A stretch of 64,000 nucleotides of DNA from Candidatus Collierbacteria bacterium GW2011_GWA2_42_17 (GCA_000998275.1 LCDA01000001.1:116352-180351); one strand, 5' to 3'; positions 18,646 through 28,952 are shown, numbered from the stretch's first letter. The notes: generated by a model from the sequence alone, not told the origin. Translations and numbers: made by a program.

Positions 18646-19008
18646 ATGCAACTTTCAAATAATCCTCTTAACAAAACAATTGAGAAACAATTATCAGAGA
18701 TGATGTACGGAATTTTGGCGGAACTTAAGACTCCTGAGGATGTCAAAATGGTAATGAATGATGTGCTAACTGATGGTGAAAGGGTGGCAATTTTGAAAAG
18801 ACTGGGAATTGCCGTGTATCTTGATAAAGGAAGAAATTATGAAGATATAAAAAATAATATTAAGGTGAGTTCGGCGACAATTGCTTCCGTCGCAGAAAAT
18901 TTGGGTAACTCTGGATGGCAGGAAATGATTAAAAGAATTAAGGCAGAAGAGTGGGCATCTGAGTGGACAAATAAAATTTCCGGAGGAATAAAGAGAATTT
19001 TTGGATGA
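18646..19008 (+). CDS. TrpR-like YerC/YecD family HTH protein
   Basis: LTDGER..ILKRL.IA..L.KG.NY.DI...KVSSATIASV. Confidence 0.8.
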   Translation: MQLSNNPLNKTIEKQLSEMMYGILAELKTPEDVKMVMNDVLTDGERVAILKRLGIAVYLDKGRNYEDIKNNIKVSSATIASVAENLGNSGWQEMIKRIKAEEWASEWTNKISGGIKRIFG

Positions 19009-19022
19009 GCTACAATTGAGGC

Positions 19023-20435
19023 ATGGGAAAGTATTACATCACCACCACATTACCTTACGTTAACGCGGAGCCGCATATTGGTTTCGCCATGGAGATAGTG
19101 CGCGCGGATGTAATGGCGAGATTGCATCGGGCTTTGGGGGATGATGTTTTTTTTAATACCGGTACAGATGAACATGGACAGAAAATTTATCAAAAAGCCG
19201 TTGAGCTAGGAATTGATCCACAGAAATACTGCGATGAAAGTGCAGCAAAGTTTTCTGTTTTAAAAGAAGCACTAAATTTGTCTTACAACAGTTTTGTTCG
19301 TACTACCGATGAGCATCATATAAAAGCAGCACAGGAGTTTTGGAAACTTTGTGATGCAAAAGGAGATATTTATAAGAAGAACTATAAAATTAAGTACTGT
19401 GTGGGGTGTGAGTTGGAAAAGACAGACTCCGACCTGGTGAATGGAAAATGTCCAATTCATCCCCAGATGGAACTGGAGATTCGTGAAGAAGAAAATTATT
19501 TCTTTAGGTTTTCAAATTATCAAGAAAGACTCTTGGAGCTATATAAAAATAATCCCGATTTTGTGCAACCGGATTTCCGTCAGAATGAGATGAAGATTTT
19601 TGTAGGAGGTGGTTTACAAGACTTTAGTATTTCTCGTCTTAAAGCAAAAATGCCCTGGGGAGTGGAAGTCCCTGGAGATTCCGAGCAGGTGATGTTTGTC
19701 TGGTTTGATGCTCTGGTCAACTATATTTCTTCTCTTGGCTGGCCGGAAAACAAGGCTAAATTTAAAGAATATTGGCCTGGAGTGCAAATTTGCGGAAAAG
19801 ATAACCTAAGGCAGCAAACTGCTATGTGGCAAGCAATGCTGATGTCGGCCGGTTTACCAACATCCAAACAGATAGTTGTCGAGGGTTTTATCACTTCTGG
19901 TGGAGCAAAAATGAGTAAGAGTTTGGGAAATGTGATTGACCCTTTGGAGTACGTGGAAAAATACGGCACGGATGCTGTGCGCTATTTTTTGACAGCCGAG
20001 CTGTCTGTTTTTGAGGACTCGGATATAACAAAAGAGCGATTTGAAGAAGCTTTCCAGGCGAGTCTTGCCAATGGTATCGGTAATTTGTGTGCACGCGTGG
20101 CGGCAATGTCAGAGAAAGAAGGGTTAAGAGTGACTTCCGAAACATTGTCTATACGAAAAGAAGTGCTTGAGAAACTTGAAAAATATAGGTTTGACGAAGC
20201 AATGGCATTAATTTGGGAAGAAATTAAAAAAGCCGATGGTTTAATTAATCAGAGACAGGTTTGGAAATTGGAGGGAGAAAAAAAGATTGCTTCTTTAAAT
20301 GAACTCGTTAAGATTATCCGCCAGATTGGAGTAGATCTTGTGCCTTTTATGCCGGCTACTTCCGAGAAAATCATGGCGCAGTATGGCGTAGAGGAAATTA
20401 AAAAAGCGGAGAATTTGTTTGCACGATTATCATAA
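19023..20435 (+). CDS. metG: Methionyl-tRNA synthetase (short form)
   Basis: YITTTLPYVN..PHIGF, GTDEHGQKI, VWFDAL, KMSKS. Confidence 0.95.
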   Translation: MGKYYITTTLPYVNAEPHIGFAMEIVRADVMARLHRALGDDVFFNTGTDEHGQKIYQKAVELGIDPQKYCDESAAKFSVLKEALNLSYNSFVRTTDEHHIKAAQEFWKLCDAKGDIYKKNYKIKYCVGCELEKTDSDLVNGKCPIHPQMELEIREEENYFFRFSNYQERLLELYKNNPDFVQPDFRQNEMKIFVGGGLQDFSISRLKAKMPWGVEVPGDSEQVMFVWFDALVNYISSLGWPENKAKFKEYWPGVQICGKDNLRQQTAMWQAMLMSAGLPTSKQIVVEGFITSGGAKMSKSLGNVIDPLEYVEKYGTDAVRYFLTAELSVFEDSDITKERFEEAFQASLANGIGNLCARVAAMSEKEGLRVTSETLSIRKEVLEKLEKYRFDEAMALIWEEIKKADGLINQRQVWKLEGEKKIASLNELVKIIRQIGVDLVPFMPATSEKIMAQYGVEEIKKAENLFARLS

Positions 20436-21211
20436 TGTTAATTGATACCCATTGCCACCTGACCGACTCAAAGTTCACTGATGTAAAGGGGGTGATTGCG
20501 GAAGCGGTGGATGCCGGGGTGGAAAAAATATTTATGCCTTCCGGGAGTGTGGAGAATGCCAGAAGAACGGTTTTGATTGCTGAACAGGAGGGTCTTTATG
20601 CGATGGTGGGCGTTCACCCTGAGGAGATTGAGAGTGTGACGGACGTGAATCAAATGATCTATGAGCTAGAAGAAATTAGTAGTAAATCAGAAAGAGTAAT
20701 TGGAATTGGGGAAATTGGCCTAGACTTTTATTACGATAAGGAGAAAAAAACAAAAGAAAAACAGTTGGAAATATTTACGGCTCAAATTGAGCTTGCAGTC
20801 AGATTGAGACTGCCGGTAGTAATTCATATGAGGGAAGCAGAAATGGAGATGAAAGCTATTTTGGAAAGAATGGAGAAGCTCCCAAGAGGCCAGTTTCATT
20901 GTTTTGCGGGGAGTGAGAATTTTCTGAAATATGTCCTAAGTAAGGGTTTCTACGTGAGTTTTGCTGGAAATATCACTTATAAATCGGCTCAAGAGCTACG
21001 TAGGCTCTTGGCTTTGGTACCCCTTTCGAGACTCCTTTTGGAGACAGATAGCCCCTATCTCACCCCCGAACCTGTCCGCGGAACGGTAAATACCCCTGCA
21101 AATGTTAAAATAATAGCTACAGCAATTGCCCAAGAGCTACATTTAGATGCCGAAACAATAATTGATCAAACTGGAAATAATGCCTTATGTTTGTATTCCT
21201 TAGATATCTAA
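20435..21211 (+). CDS. tatD: TatD-family hydrolase
   Basis: IDTHCH, GVHP, GEIGLD, IH.RE, HCF, LETDSPYL. Confidence 0.93.
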   Translation: MLIDTHCHLTDSKFTDVKGVIAEAVDAGVEKIFMPSGSVENARRTVLIAEQEGLYAMVGVHPEEIESVTDVNQMIYELEEISSKSERVIGIGEIGLDFYYDKEKKTKEKQLEIFTAQIELAVRLRLPVVIHMREAEMEMKAILERMEKLPRGQFHCFAGSENFLKYVLSKGFYVSFAGNITYKSAQELRRLLALVPLSRLLLETDSPYLTPEPVRGTVNTPANVKIIATAIAQELHLDAETIIDQTGNNALCLYSLDI

Positions 21212-22692
21212 TCAACAAATATCCCCACCAAAGTCAAAGGGTACTTGAGATTTTGCCCGGATTTGTGAGCTGGTCATTTATTCTTTTCCCGGTGTGGGGG
21301 TCAATTTTTTGGCCTGTAGGAGTTGCTTATTTCATCATCAGTTTTAATGTTTATTGGCTTTATAGATCACTAACTCTGTCGGTTGCTTCGGTAATGTCAT
21401 ATTTTAGAATTAAAGCGGCAGAAAAGTATGACTGGATGGGAGATGTAAAAGGATTTGCAGACTGGATGGAGGTTAAGCATGTGATTGTGTTGCCTACGTA
21501 TAAGGAACCGGGGGATATCTTGGTGCGCACTTTGGAAGCTTTGGAGAAACAGACTCTTGGGGCAAAACAAATAATTCCTTTGATTGCAATGGAGGCAAGA
21601 GCGGGAGAGGAAATTAACAGAAGCAGAGAGAAACAACTACGAGATAAATTTAAGGGAAAGTTTGCGGAACTACTTTTTACTTATCATCCCGCTAATCTAA
21701 CCGGGGAAGTAGTGGGAAAGTCTTCGAACGCTGCCTGGGCAGGAAAAGAATTTCGAAAAGAGTTAAAAAAACACGATGATTGGGATATGGACAAGATGAC
21801 TATTTCGTCGGTCGATTGTGATGTGGCATTACACCCAAATCACTTGGCGGCCTTGACCTACATGTTTCTTGACGATCCAAATAGATATCACAAGATTTGG
21901 CAGGGGGCGATTGTTTTTTACAACAATATTGAGCGTATCCCCTGGCCAATGAGAGTATTTAACCGTATGAGTAGTGTAATTAATATGGCACAGCTGTCAC
22001 GACCGGACCGTTTAATAAACTTTTCGACTTATTCAATGAGTTTGAGGTTGATGGACGATATTGATTACTGGGATACCGATGTTATTCCCGAGGACTATCG
22101 TATTTTCTTTAAGACATATTTTGCCACGGAAGGAAAAGTAGAGGTGGAACCTTTGTATATTTCGGTGTTTGCCGATGCTGCTGAAGCCGATGGTTTCTGG
22201 AGTACTTACACAAATACATATGAACAGGTAAAGCGTTGGGCGTGGGGAGCTTCGGATGATTCTTATATTATCAAACGATATATTTTGGATACTAAAGCTC
22301 CATTTTGGGACAAAACAATTAGAGTGTTTAAGGTAGTTGAAGATCACTTTATGTGGCCTGTGAACTGGTTTATTATTACGGTCGCGGCCAACCTGCCACC
22401 ACTTTTGAACCCGACATTTTCCAGAACAGTAATGGGGAAAACACTGCCTCAGGTGTCTTCGGCCATTTTGACTTTGTCTCTCGTCAGTATGATTGCGATG
22501 ATTCTCATCGATTTAAAGGCTCGGCCTAAAGTAAAGGATCTGCCTTGGTGGAGAGGAATTGTGTCCCCTTTTGAATTTGTTTTGTTACCTGTGGTAGGTT
22601 TCTTTTTCTCGGCCCTGCCGGGACTGGATGCCCATACTCGCTTAATGATGGGAAGATATATGGAGTATCGAGTAACAGAAAAAAAAGCATAA
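21187..22692 (+). CDS. Membrane GT2-family glycosyltransferase
   Basis: LPTYKE, GKSSN, DCD, IPED, QVKRW (QxxRW) with flanking TMs. Confidence 0.85.
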   Translation: MFVFLRYLINKYPHQSQRVLEILPGFVSWSFILFPVWGSIFWPVGVAYFIISFNVYWLYRSLTLSVASVMSYFRIKAAEKYDWMGDVKGFADWMEVKHVIVLPTYKEPGDILVRTLEALEKQTLGAKQIIPLIAMEARAGEEINRSREKQLRDKFKGKFAELLFTYHPANLTGEVVGKSSNAAWAGKEFRKELKKHDDWDMDKMTISSVDCDVALHPNHLAALTYMFLDDPNRYHKIWQGAIVFYNNIERIPWPMRVFNRMSSVINMAQLSRPDRLINFSTYSMSLRLMDDIDYWDTDVIPEDYRIFFKTYFATEGKVEVEPLYISVFADAAEADGFWSTYTNTYEQVKRWAWGASDDSYIIKRYILDTKAPFWDKTIRVFKVVEDHFMWPVNWFIITVAANLPPLLNPTFSRTVMGKTLPQVSSAILTLSLVSMIAMILIDLKARPKVKDLPWWRGIVSPFEFVLLPVVGFFFSALPGLDAHTRLMMGRYMEYRVTEKKA

Positions 22693-22720
22693 TAGTGTTT
22701 GCCTGATATATACTCAAATT

Positions 22721-23068
22721 GTGGCAGAAAGACAAAAAATTACTACTTCGGTGACGTTATTTTGGATCGGAGTGATTGTAGTATTAATTATGGCTGGGGT
22801 AATGGCTTTGTTTTGGAGTAAATTACCACCTCAACTACCTTGGCTTTATTCTTTTCCTTTTGGTGAAAAACAGTTGATTGGAAAAATATGGTTTGTTTGG
22901 ATTTTTGCCGGCACGGAAGGAGTTTTGGTTTTGACAAGACTTTTGGCTAATTGGGCAGGTAAAAATGACGTCACCGTACAAAATACAATCATGGTTGGGG
23001 TAGTGACGGCAATATTTTTGATGGCGGCGAGTTTTTTCCGAGTTATGATGATCTTTCTAAACGTATGA
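22721..23068 (+). CDS. Small membrane protein (DUF1648-like)
   Basis: 3 TM; 'KLPPQLPWLYS.PFGE'. Confidence 0.6.
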   Translation: MAERQKITTSVTLFWIGVIVVLIMAGVMALFWSKLPPQLPWLYSFPFGEKQLIGKIWFVWIFAGTEGVLVLTRLLANWAGKNDVTVQNTIMVGVVTAIFLMAASFFRVMMIFLNV

Positions 23069-24138
23069 ACCCGGTAATGGTAATTACGGTAATTCCCTTT
23101 TTTCTGGCTTTGATAATCAGTCTTGTGGTAACGCCCTTGACGATTATATTTTTTAAAAAAAGGGGTTGGGTAATTGACCCCGCTAAAACTCCTCACCCAG
23201 CACATATCCACAAAACCCCGGTGCCCAAAGGTGGAGGAGTTCCGATTTTTTTTGCGGTGGCGGTGACAGTAATGCTTTTGTTAAAACCGGATAGCCATTT
23301 GCTGGCAATTGGTGTGGCTGGGTTATTAACTTTGATTGTGGGACTGATAGATGATATTAGGAGCTCGAGTCCATACCTTAGACTGGGGATGAATTTTTTA
23401 GTAACGGCCATTATCGTCGGTTCTGGAATTGGAATTGCTTTTATAAGTAATCCCTTGGGGGGAGTAATTGATTTGTCGACTCCCAAACTAGGTTTTGATT
23501 TGCTGGGGGAACATCATGAAATTTGGCTCCTCGCTGATTTATTTGCCCTACTTTGGATTCCATCTCTTATGAATGCCATTAATTGGTCGTCTGGGGTGGA
23601 TGGACAAATTAGCGGAGTAATTACTATCGCGGCCGTGGTCTTAGGTCTCATTTCTTTGAACTTTAGTGCGGATATTACGCAATGGCCGGTAGCCATTCTT
23701 GCGTTTGCGACGGCAGGAGCTTTCGCTGGACTGACGGTTTTTCATTTTTATCCGCAAAAAATTATGCCGGGGTACTCGGCAACTTCTTTGGCTGGCTTAT
23801 TGCTGGGTGTGATATCTATTTTGGCGACAGCCAAAGTGGGTGCTTTGATAATCGTCTTAGGAATTCCATTAATTGACTTCTTATATATTATGATTAAAAG
23901 GTTAGTGTCGGGAAAATCGCCGGTATGGGGAGACAAGAGCCATTTACATCACAAACTAATGGCCATGGGTTGGGGAAAAAGAAGAGTAGCACTGTTTTAT
24001 TGGTTTGCGGCAGTGATGCTAGGAGTCGCAGCTTTGAGCTTTGAAGCTCGGACAAAACTTATAATTATGATAGGATTGGTAATATTAATGACAGCATTTA
24101 TCGTATGGCAATACTCATTGCGCTATTCAAAACAGTAA
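23065..24138 (+). CDS. MraY/WecA/TagO-family polyprenyl-phosphate HexNAc-1-P transferase
   Basis: PKGGG, GLIDD, NAINWSSGVDG, PQKIMPG, DKSHLHHKL. Confidence 0.88.
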   Translation: MNPVMVITVIPFFLALIISLVVTPLTIIFFKKRGWVIDPAKTPHPAHIHKTPVPKGGGVPIFFAVAVTVMLLLKPDSHLLAIGVAGLLTLIVGLIDDIRSSSPYLRLGMNFLVTAIIVGSGIGIAFISNPLGGVIDLSTPKLGFDLLGEHHEIWLLADLFALLWIPSLMNAINWSSGVDGQISGVITIAAVVLGLISLNFSADITQWPVAILAFATAGAFAGLTVFHFYPQKIMPGYSATSLAGLLLGVISILATAKVGALIIVLGIPLIDFLYIMIKRLVSGKSPVWGDKSHLHHKLMAMGWGKRRVALFYWFAAVMLGVAALSFEARTKLIIMIGLVILMTAFIVWQYSLRYSKQ

Positions 24139-25037
24139 GACCAAGGCAGTGGTTGAAAAATTTTGCTTTATTTGGGGCCTTGATATTTACAGGACTGCTT
24201 TACCAAAAGGGGGCATTCGGATTAGTGACACAGGCGTTTTTTATTTTTACGATTTTATCCAGCGCGACATATATTTTTAATGATCTTTTGGATGTTAGTA
24301 CCGACCGATTGCATCCATTTAAAAAAAATAGACCAATTGCTTCTGGCGCCTTACCAATACCGGTAGCTTTTTTTGCATTAATTTCCGGAACAATTATTGG
24401 CCTGACTTGGGCATATACTTTAAATCTATTTTTCTTTATCAGTTGTTTGGTGTACCTTTTCATTCAGGTTTTGTATACCGGGTTTTTGAAAAAAATAGCG
24501 ATTATCGATGTAATCGTAATTGCCTTGGGATATCTAATTCGAGTTTATGCGGGAGCTTTCGTAATTTCGGCACACATGGATGTGTGGTTTTTACTGACGG
24601 TAATCTCAGCTTCGCTATTTTTGGCGGTGGGGAAACGAAGGGGAGAGATGACACTGATGATGTCCTCGGGAAAGGGGTCATCTACTAGAGAAACTCTAAA
24701 GCACTATACAGAGAAACTCTTGGATATTTACACAGCCATGTTTGCGACCGCAACTTGGATTACCTACTCTTTATTTACCTTTAATCATCCCAAGATTGTG
24801 CCGGACGGTAGGGCACTATCCTTAATTTCGATACTACCAAAGACATTAATCTCCGAAAAGTGGATGATGATCACAATCCCCTTTGTGGTTTATGGCATCA
24901 TGAGATATTTGCAGCTTATCTACGAAAAAAATGAGGGAGAAAGCCCGGAGAGAGTGTTGTTTTCGGACAAACCTTTAATCATCACTGTAGGCTTGTGGGT
25001 AGTGGTGATAATTGGTGTTTTGTACTATATTGCCTAA
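24105..25037 (+). CDS. UbiA family, decaprenyl-phosphate phosphoribosyltransferase-like
   Basis: RPRQWLKN, YIFNDLLD..DRLHPFKKNRPIASG, GKRRGE, YGIMRY. Confidence 0.85.
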   Translation: MAILIALFKTVRPRQWLKNFALFGALIFTGLLYQKGAFGLVTQAFFIFTILSSATYIFNDLLDVSTDRLHPFKKNRPIASGALPIPVAFFALISGTIIGLTWAYTLNLFFFISCLVYLFIQVLYTGFLKKIAIIDVIVIALGYLIRVYAGAFVISAHMDVWFLLTVISASLFLAVGKRRGEMTLMMSSGKGSSTRETLKHYTEKLLDIYTAMFATATWITYSLFTFNHPKIVPDGRALSLISILPKTLISEKWMMITIPFVVYGIMRYLQLIYEKNEGESPERVLFSDKPLIITVGLWVVVIIGVLYYIA

Positions 25038-25041
25038 AATT

Positions 25042-25929
25042 TTACTTAACCAACTTGGCGTAAGTAGAGGAGACAAAGCCCCAAGAGCCTTTGGTATATT
25101 CAATTTGATACCAACCGGAGTTTGTGGATTCTTTGTAGGGGAAAATGTCACCAGGATTGACTTTGGCGAGCTCGTTGCTTCCGGTTGAGGCTGTTTCACG
25201 AACCTTTAACCAGCCTGTTGGAGTTGAAAGAATCTCGACATAGGGCTTGGCAAGGGTTGCTGAGGAAGTTGCTTGTTTGGGAAGAGGAGTAACTGTTTTG
25301 GCGGGTGTGGGGGTGACAAGACCTGCCGAGGGAGTAGCACTGCCAATAGTAGGTGTAGGTGTGGGAGTAATATCGAGAGCAGACATGGTGAAGTTTAAAA
25401 CCAAACGATATCCAGCCTGAACCGAAGCATTAACTATTTTGTCTTGATAACCTGGGTTGGTAAAAGTGAAGACGTGGGGCCCCGGTTCAATATCAATACT
25501 CCTGGGGGAAAAACCCTCGGGCTTGCCGTCGATACTTATTGTGGCACTGGCGGGAAGACTAACAATACTAACTGCGGCAGCTTTATTGTTACTGAGTTTT
25601 TCAAAGGAAAGAGTATAGCTGTGAGATTTGTCCAGAGTTTCACCAAACTCACGATGAACGGTAGTTAGGGCGCCGCCAAGAAGGTCAGCTTTGGTTTCCC
25701 AGGTTTGACCACTATCAACAGCCGTCATTTGGATGGTGTAGGAGCCTGGTTTTTTGTTATCGATGTATACAGGAGTTTTGCCGACAGATTCTCCGTTTAT
25801 CAGGACATTAGCTTCGGGACTAGAGGTAACTTGGATACCGGCTTTTTTGGCGAAGGGGTTAAGATTGCACCCGGCAAGAAAAACGGAAAAAATAAGGATA
25901 GCAGAGAGCTTGAGTAAGTTTGTCTTCAT
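25042..25929 (-). CDS. Lipoprotein with two PEGA domains and a C-terminal SH3b domain
   Basis: Lipobox LAGC; VTSSP.ANV.ING...GKTP twice; TPTP linker; LKVRET...WYQI..GFVS. Confidence 0.8.
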   Translation of the reverse strand: MKTNLLKLSAILIFSVFLAGCNLNPFAKKAGIQVTSSPEANVLINGESVGKTPVYIDNKKPGSYTIQMTAVDSGQTWETKADLLGGALTTVHREFGETLDKSHSYTLSFEKLSNNKAAAVSIVSLPASATISIDGKPEGFSPRSIDIEPGPHVFTFTNPGYQDKIVNASVQAGYRLVLNFTMSALDITPTPTPTIGSATPSAGLVTPTPAKTVTPLPKQATSSATLAKPYVEILSTPTGWLKVRETASTGSNELAKVNPGDIFPYKESTNSGWYQIEYTKGSWGFVSSTYAKLVK

Positions 25930-25978
25930 TTGTGTCTATGATAGCAGATTATGTCAAGATGTCGAACACAAGATATTG

Positions 25979-26050
25979 AGGCCGGAGAGGGAATCGAACC
26001 CTCGCATGGCGGTTTTGCAGACCGCATCGTTACCACTTCGACATCCGGCC
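25979..26050 (-). tRNA. tRNA-Cys (GCA), CCA not encoded
   Basis: GGCCGGA/TCCGGCC acceptor stem, anticodon arm GCGGT-CTGCAAA-ACCGC, T-loop GGTTCGATTCC, U73 discriminator. Confidence 0.95.
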
Positions 26051-26153
26051 ACTTCAGGCACTATTTTACCATTTATGAGAAGGATTAATTTAATGGTTGT
26101 TTTCTGATGATATTTATTATTGACTTTTGGGTTTTATTTGGTAATAATTAATT

Positions 26154-26860
26154 GTGGAAAGAGACAAAAGAGGTGGATATAACAGGAAAAAGATTAATGA
26201 AATTTTTTTAAAGTATGGTCTCCTTCCATGGCTTACGTCTTAGGCTTTATTTATGCCGATGGAGCCGTGGAGGATTGTAGAAAGTCATCAAGAACTTGTT
26301 ATCTTTGTCTTTCAAATAATGACCTTGATATTCTGAGGGATATTTTATGGGTAATGTCAACTAAGCAAACTATTGTAATTCGAGGTCCTCGAGTCATGAA
26401 AATTGACGATAGAGAGTATTGGTGTAAAACAAATTATTATGTGAGAATTGGGAACAAAGTAATTTATGATGATTTGACTAAACTCGGATTATGCCCCAGA
26501 AAGTCATTGGTAATCGAGTTGCCCGAAATACCCAACGAATTCTTCAGTTATTTTCTGAGAGGATATTTTGATAGTGATGGTTGTATCCATATTGAAAATA
26601 TAAGACGACGCTTAAAGATAATATTCACAAGTGGAAGTAGGAGTTTTCTGGAGAAACTCGGAACATATATTGGCCGTTTAGTAAGCGAGCGACATGTTCC
26701 TATATATACTAATCGTAGATCGTTTCAACTTAGTTACGGAGGAAATTGTGCAAAAAATGTTGCAGCATTGATTTATCAAGATATCGTTTCTGCCCCATAT
26801 TTGAAGTACAAATATGAGAAATATACTAATTATTTATCCACTAAAAAAGTGACTGTTTAA
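26154..26860 (+). CDS. Free-standing LAGLIDADG endonuclease-like protein; 5' part (26154 to about 26210) out of frame with the main ORF 26228-26860
   Basis: Two motifs AYVLGFIYADG and FLRGYFDSDG; 'LGLCPRKS'; upstream frame MERDKRGGYNRKKINE joins NFFKVWSPSMAY by a -1 shift. Confidence 0.75.
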
Positions 26861-26865
26861 GTAAC

Positions 26866-27951
26866 TTAGTAGAGATCGCCGGCTTTGATGACTTCCTCAA
26901 CAAGACGATTGGCATAGCCCCATTCATTGTCGTACCAAGCGAGAACTTTCACCAGAGTACCGTCGACGACACGGGTCATTTCGAGATCAACAATGCTAGA
27001 TTCCGGACGGCCAACGATATCAGAAGAGACTAATGGTTCGTCAGTCACGGCTAAAATACCACGGTATCTAGGGTCATTGGCGGCATCCATAAAAATTTGG
27101 TTTATTTCTTCGACGGAAGTGGAGCGCCGAGTAATAAAGGTAAAGTCGGTAATGGAACCAGTGATGACGGGAACACGAAGGGAGATGCCATCAAAAAGCC
27201 CTTGGAGTTCGGGAATAGCTTGAGTGGCAGCAATGGCAGCTCCGGTAGAAGTAGGCACAATATTTTGAGCGGCGGCACGAGCGCGGCGAAGATCACGATG
27301 AGAGTTATCTTGAAGATTTTGATCGTCGGTGTAGCCATGCACTGTAGTGAGCATGGCCTTGAGAATGCCAATCTTGGAGTGAAGGATATCAGCTACGGGG
27401 GCAACACTGTTGGTAGTACACGAAGCATTGCTAATCACAGAAAGTGTGCCGGTGCGATCTTTGGTGATGACGTCTTGGTCGTTGACGCCTAAAACAGCCG
27501 TAGGTACACCTCCGCCCTTGGCAGGAGCGGAAAGAACAACAAATCTGGCACCCCCCTGAAGATGAAGAATGGCTTTGTCCAGGCTCGTAAAAGCTCCCGT
27601 AGACTCGATGACGACCTCGACACCGAACTGAACCCAGGGAATCTTAGCTGGGTCTCGTTGGGCAAGGACGGGGATTTTAAGAGTTTTTTTAGGATGTTCA
27701 ATAGTGATGTAGCCAATGATTGGTTTGGCGTCCGTGGCTTCTTTGGGATCTTGAACTTCCTCAGAAGAGATGGAGTAGGGAAGGGTGCCGTAGGCAGTGT
27801 CGTGACGGAGAAGATAAGCCCAGCCGGCAACGTTTTGCGAACCGGAAGTATTAATAGCGACGAGATTGGCGTCGTCAAGGTGATTATGTAACCAAACACG
27901 CATAGCGGAGCGTCCGATCCTTCCGAAACCATTAATCGAAAAGTTAACCAT
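26866..27951 (-). CDS. gap: Glyceraldehyde-3-phosphate dehydrogenase (type I)
   Basis: INGFGRIGR, SNASCTTN, RARAAAQNIVPTSTGAA, WYDNEWGY. Confidence 0.97.
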   Translation of the reverse strand: MVNFSINGFGRIGRSAMRVWLHNHLDDANLVAINTSGSQNVAGWAYLLRHDTAYGTLPYSISSEEVQDPKEATDAKPIIGYITIEHPKKTLKIPVLAQRDPAKIPWVQFGVEVVIESTGAFTSLDKAILHLQGGARFVVLSAPAKGGGVPTAVLGVNDQDVITKDRTGTLSVISNASCTTNSVAPVADILHSKIGILKAMLTTVHGYTDDQNLQDNSHRDLRRARAAAQNIVPTSTGAAIAATQAIPELQGLFDGISLRVPVITGSITDFTFITRRSTSVEEINQIFMDAANDPRYRGILAVTDEPLVSSDIVGRPESSIVDLEMTRVVDGTLVKVLAWYDNEWGYANRLVEEVIKAGDLY

Positions 27952-27971
27952 AGGGCAGGTTATAAATATAA

Positions 27972-28952
27972 CTAACTCAGTTTAGCATTTTTAAGGGTTT
28001 CCAGCATAGGATGGGTGCCACTAGCCAGAAACTCGAGCATTGCACCACCTCCGGTGCTGACGAAGCTAAAAGAGGCATAGGAGAAGCCCAGAACAGGTAT
28101 CGCGGCTAGGGTATCACCGCCACCTAAAATAGAGTAGGCTTGAGAGTCAATGATGGTTTTGAAAATAGCTTTAGTAGCTTGGCCATGAATGCCATCTTCA
28201 TACATGCCAACAGGGCCATTAAGAACGATGGTTTTGGCTTCGAGAATCGAGCTTATGAACCGAGAGGTAGTCGTTTCGTTAAGATCAAAACCGTCTGGAG
28301 TCCTATCTTCCTGCTTGGCAAATAACCCACCAAGAAGAACCTGGTCAAACTTTTGACTTACTTTATTGATTATTTCCAGCTTATTTTGCTTTGTTCCTGA
28401 AGCTAACAGAAGAGTTGGGTGAAGGGGATTATTAAGTACTTTTTGGAGCGTTTGGACTTCTTCATCAAACCTAAAACCGGTCAAAGTTGGTAAAATTTCG
28501 GGTATTAAGGTTAAACTGGTCGAGTCACGATACGTGGCAAAGGCTTCATAAATGTAAATATCGGCACCGATGGCTAGTTCATTGGCAAATCCCCTATCTA
28601 ATTTTTCTTCTCGAGGGTCGAACCTTAAATTTTCCATAAGAACCAAGGGGGGTTCCCCCTTCCACCTCTCCCCTGGAGAAATACCCGAAGGAAGAAGTAA
28701 AATAGATTGATTTAACAGTCTATTTAAGCTATCTCTTACGGGAGCCAGGCTTAAAGAGGAGCCCTCCCCTGTTGGGCGGCCAAGATGACCAATAATAACT
28801 GTTTTTTTGGCGTGCTCAAGACAAAGCTTTATCGTGGGTAGAAGAGCTAGGAGACGGTAGTCGTTTTTGACCCTGCCCTCTTGGCTAATGGGGACATCCA
28901 GATCAGCTCGAAGCAAGACGTTTTTGTTTTGGATTTGTTCTTTGGTTAACAT
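27972..28952 (-). CDS. pgk: Phosphoglycerate kinase (shortened)
   Basis: RADLDVP, HLGRP, MENLRF, NGPVG, GGGDT, STGGGAMLEFL. Confidence 0.88.
   Translation of the reverse strand: MLTKEQIQNKNVLLRADLDVPISQEGRVKNDYRLLALLPTIKLCLEHAKKTVIIGHLGRPTGEGSSLSLAPVRDSLNRLLNQSILLLPSGISPGERWKGEPPLVLMENLRFDPREEKLDRGFANELAIGADIYIYEAFATYRDSTSLTLIPEILPTLTGFRFDEEVQTLQKVLNNPLHPTLLLASGTKQNKLEIINKVSQKFDQVLLGGLFAKQEDRTPDGFDLNETTTSRFISSILEAKTIVLNGPVGMYEDGIHGQATKAIFKTIIDSQAYSILGGGDTLAAIPVLGFSYASFSFVSTGGGAMLEFLASGTHPMLETLKNAKLS

Noticed and set aside
25754-26107. 117-aa plus-strand ORF
   Set aside because: Spans tRNA-Cys antisense ('RPERESNPR' is a typical tRNA shadow translation)
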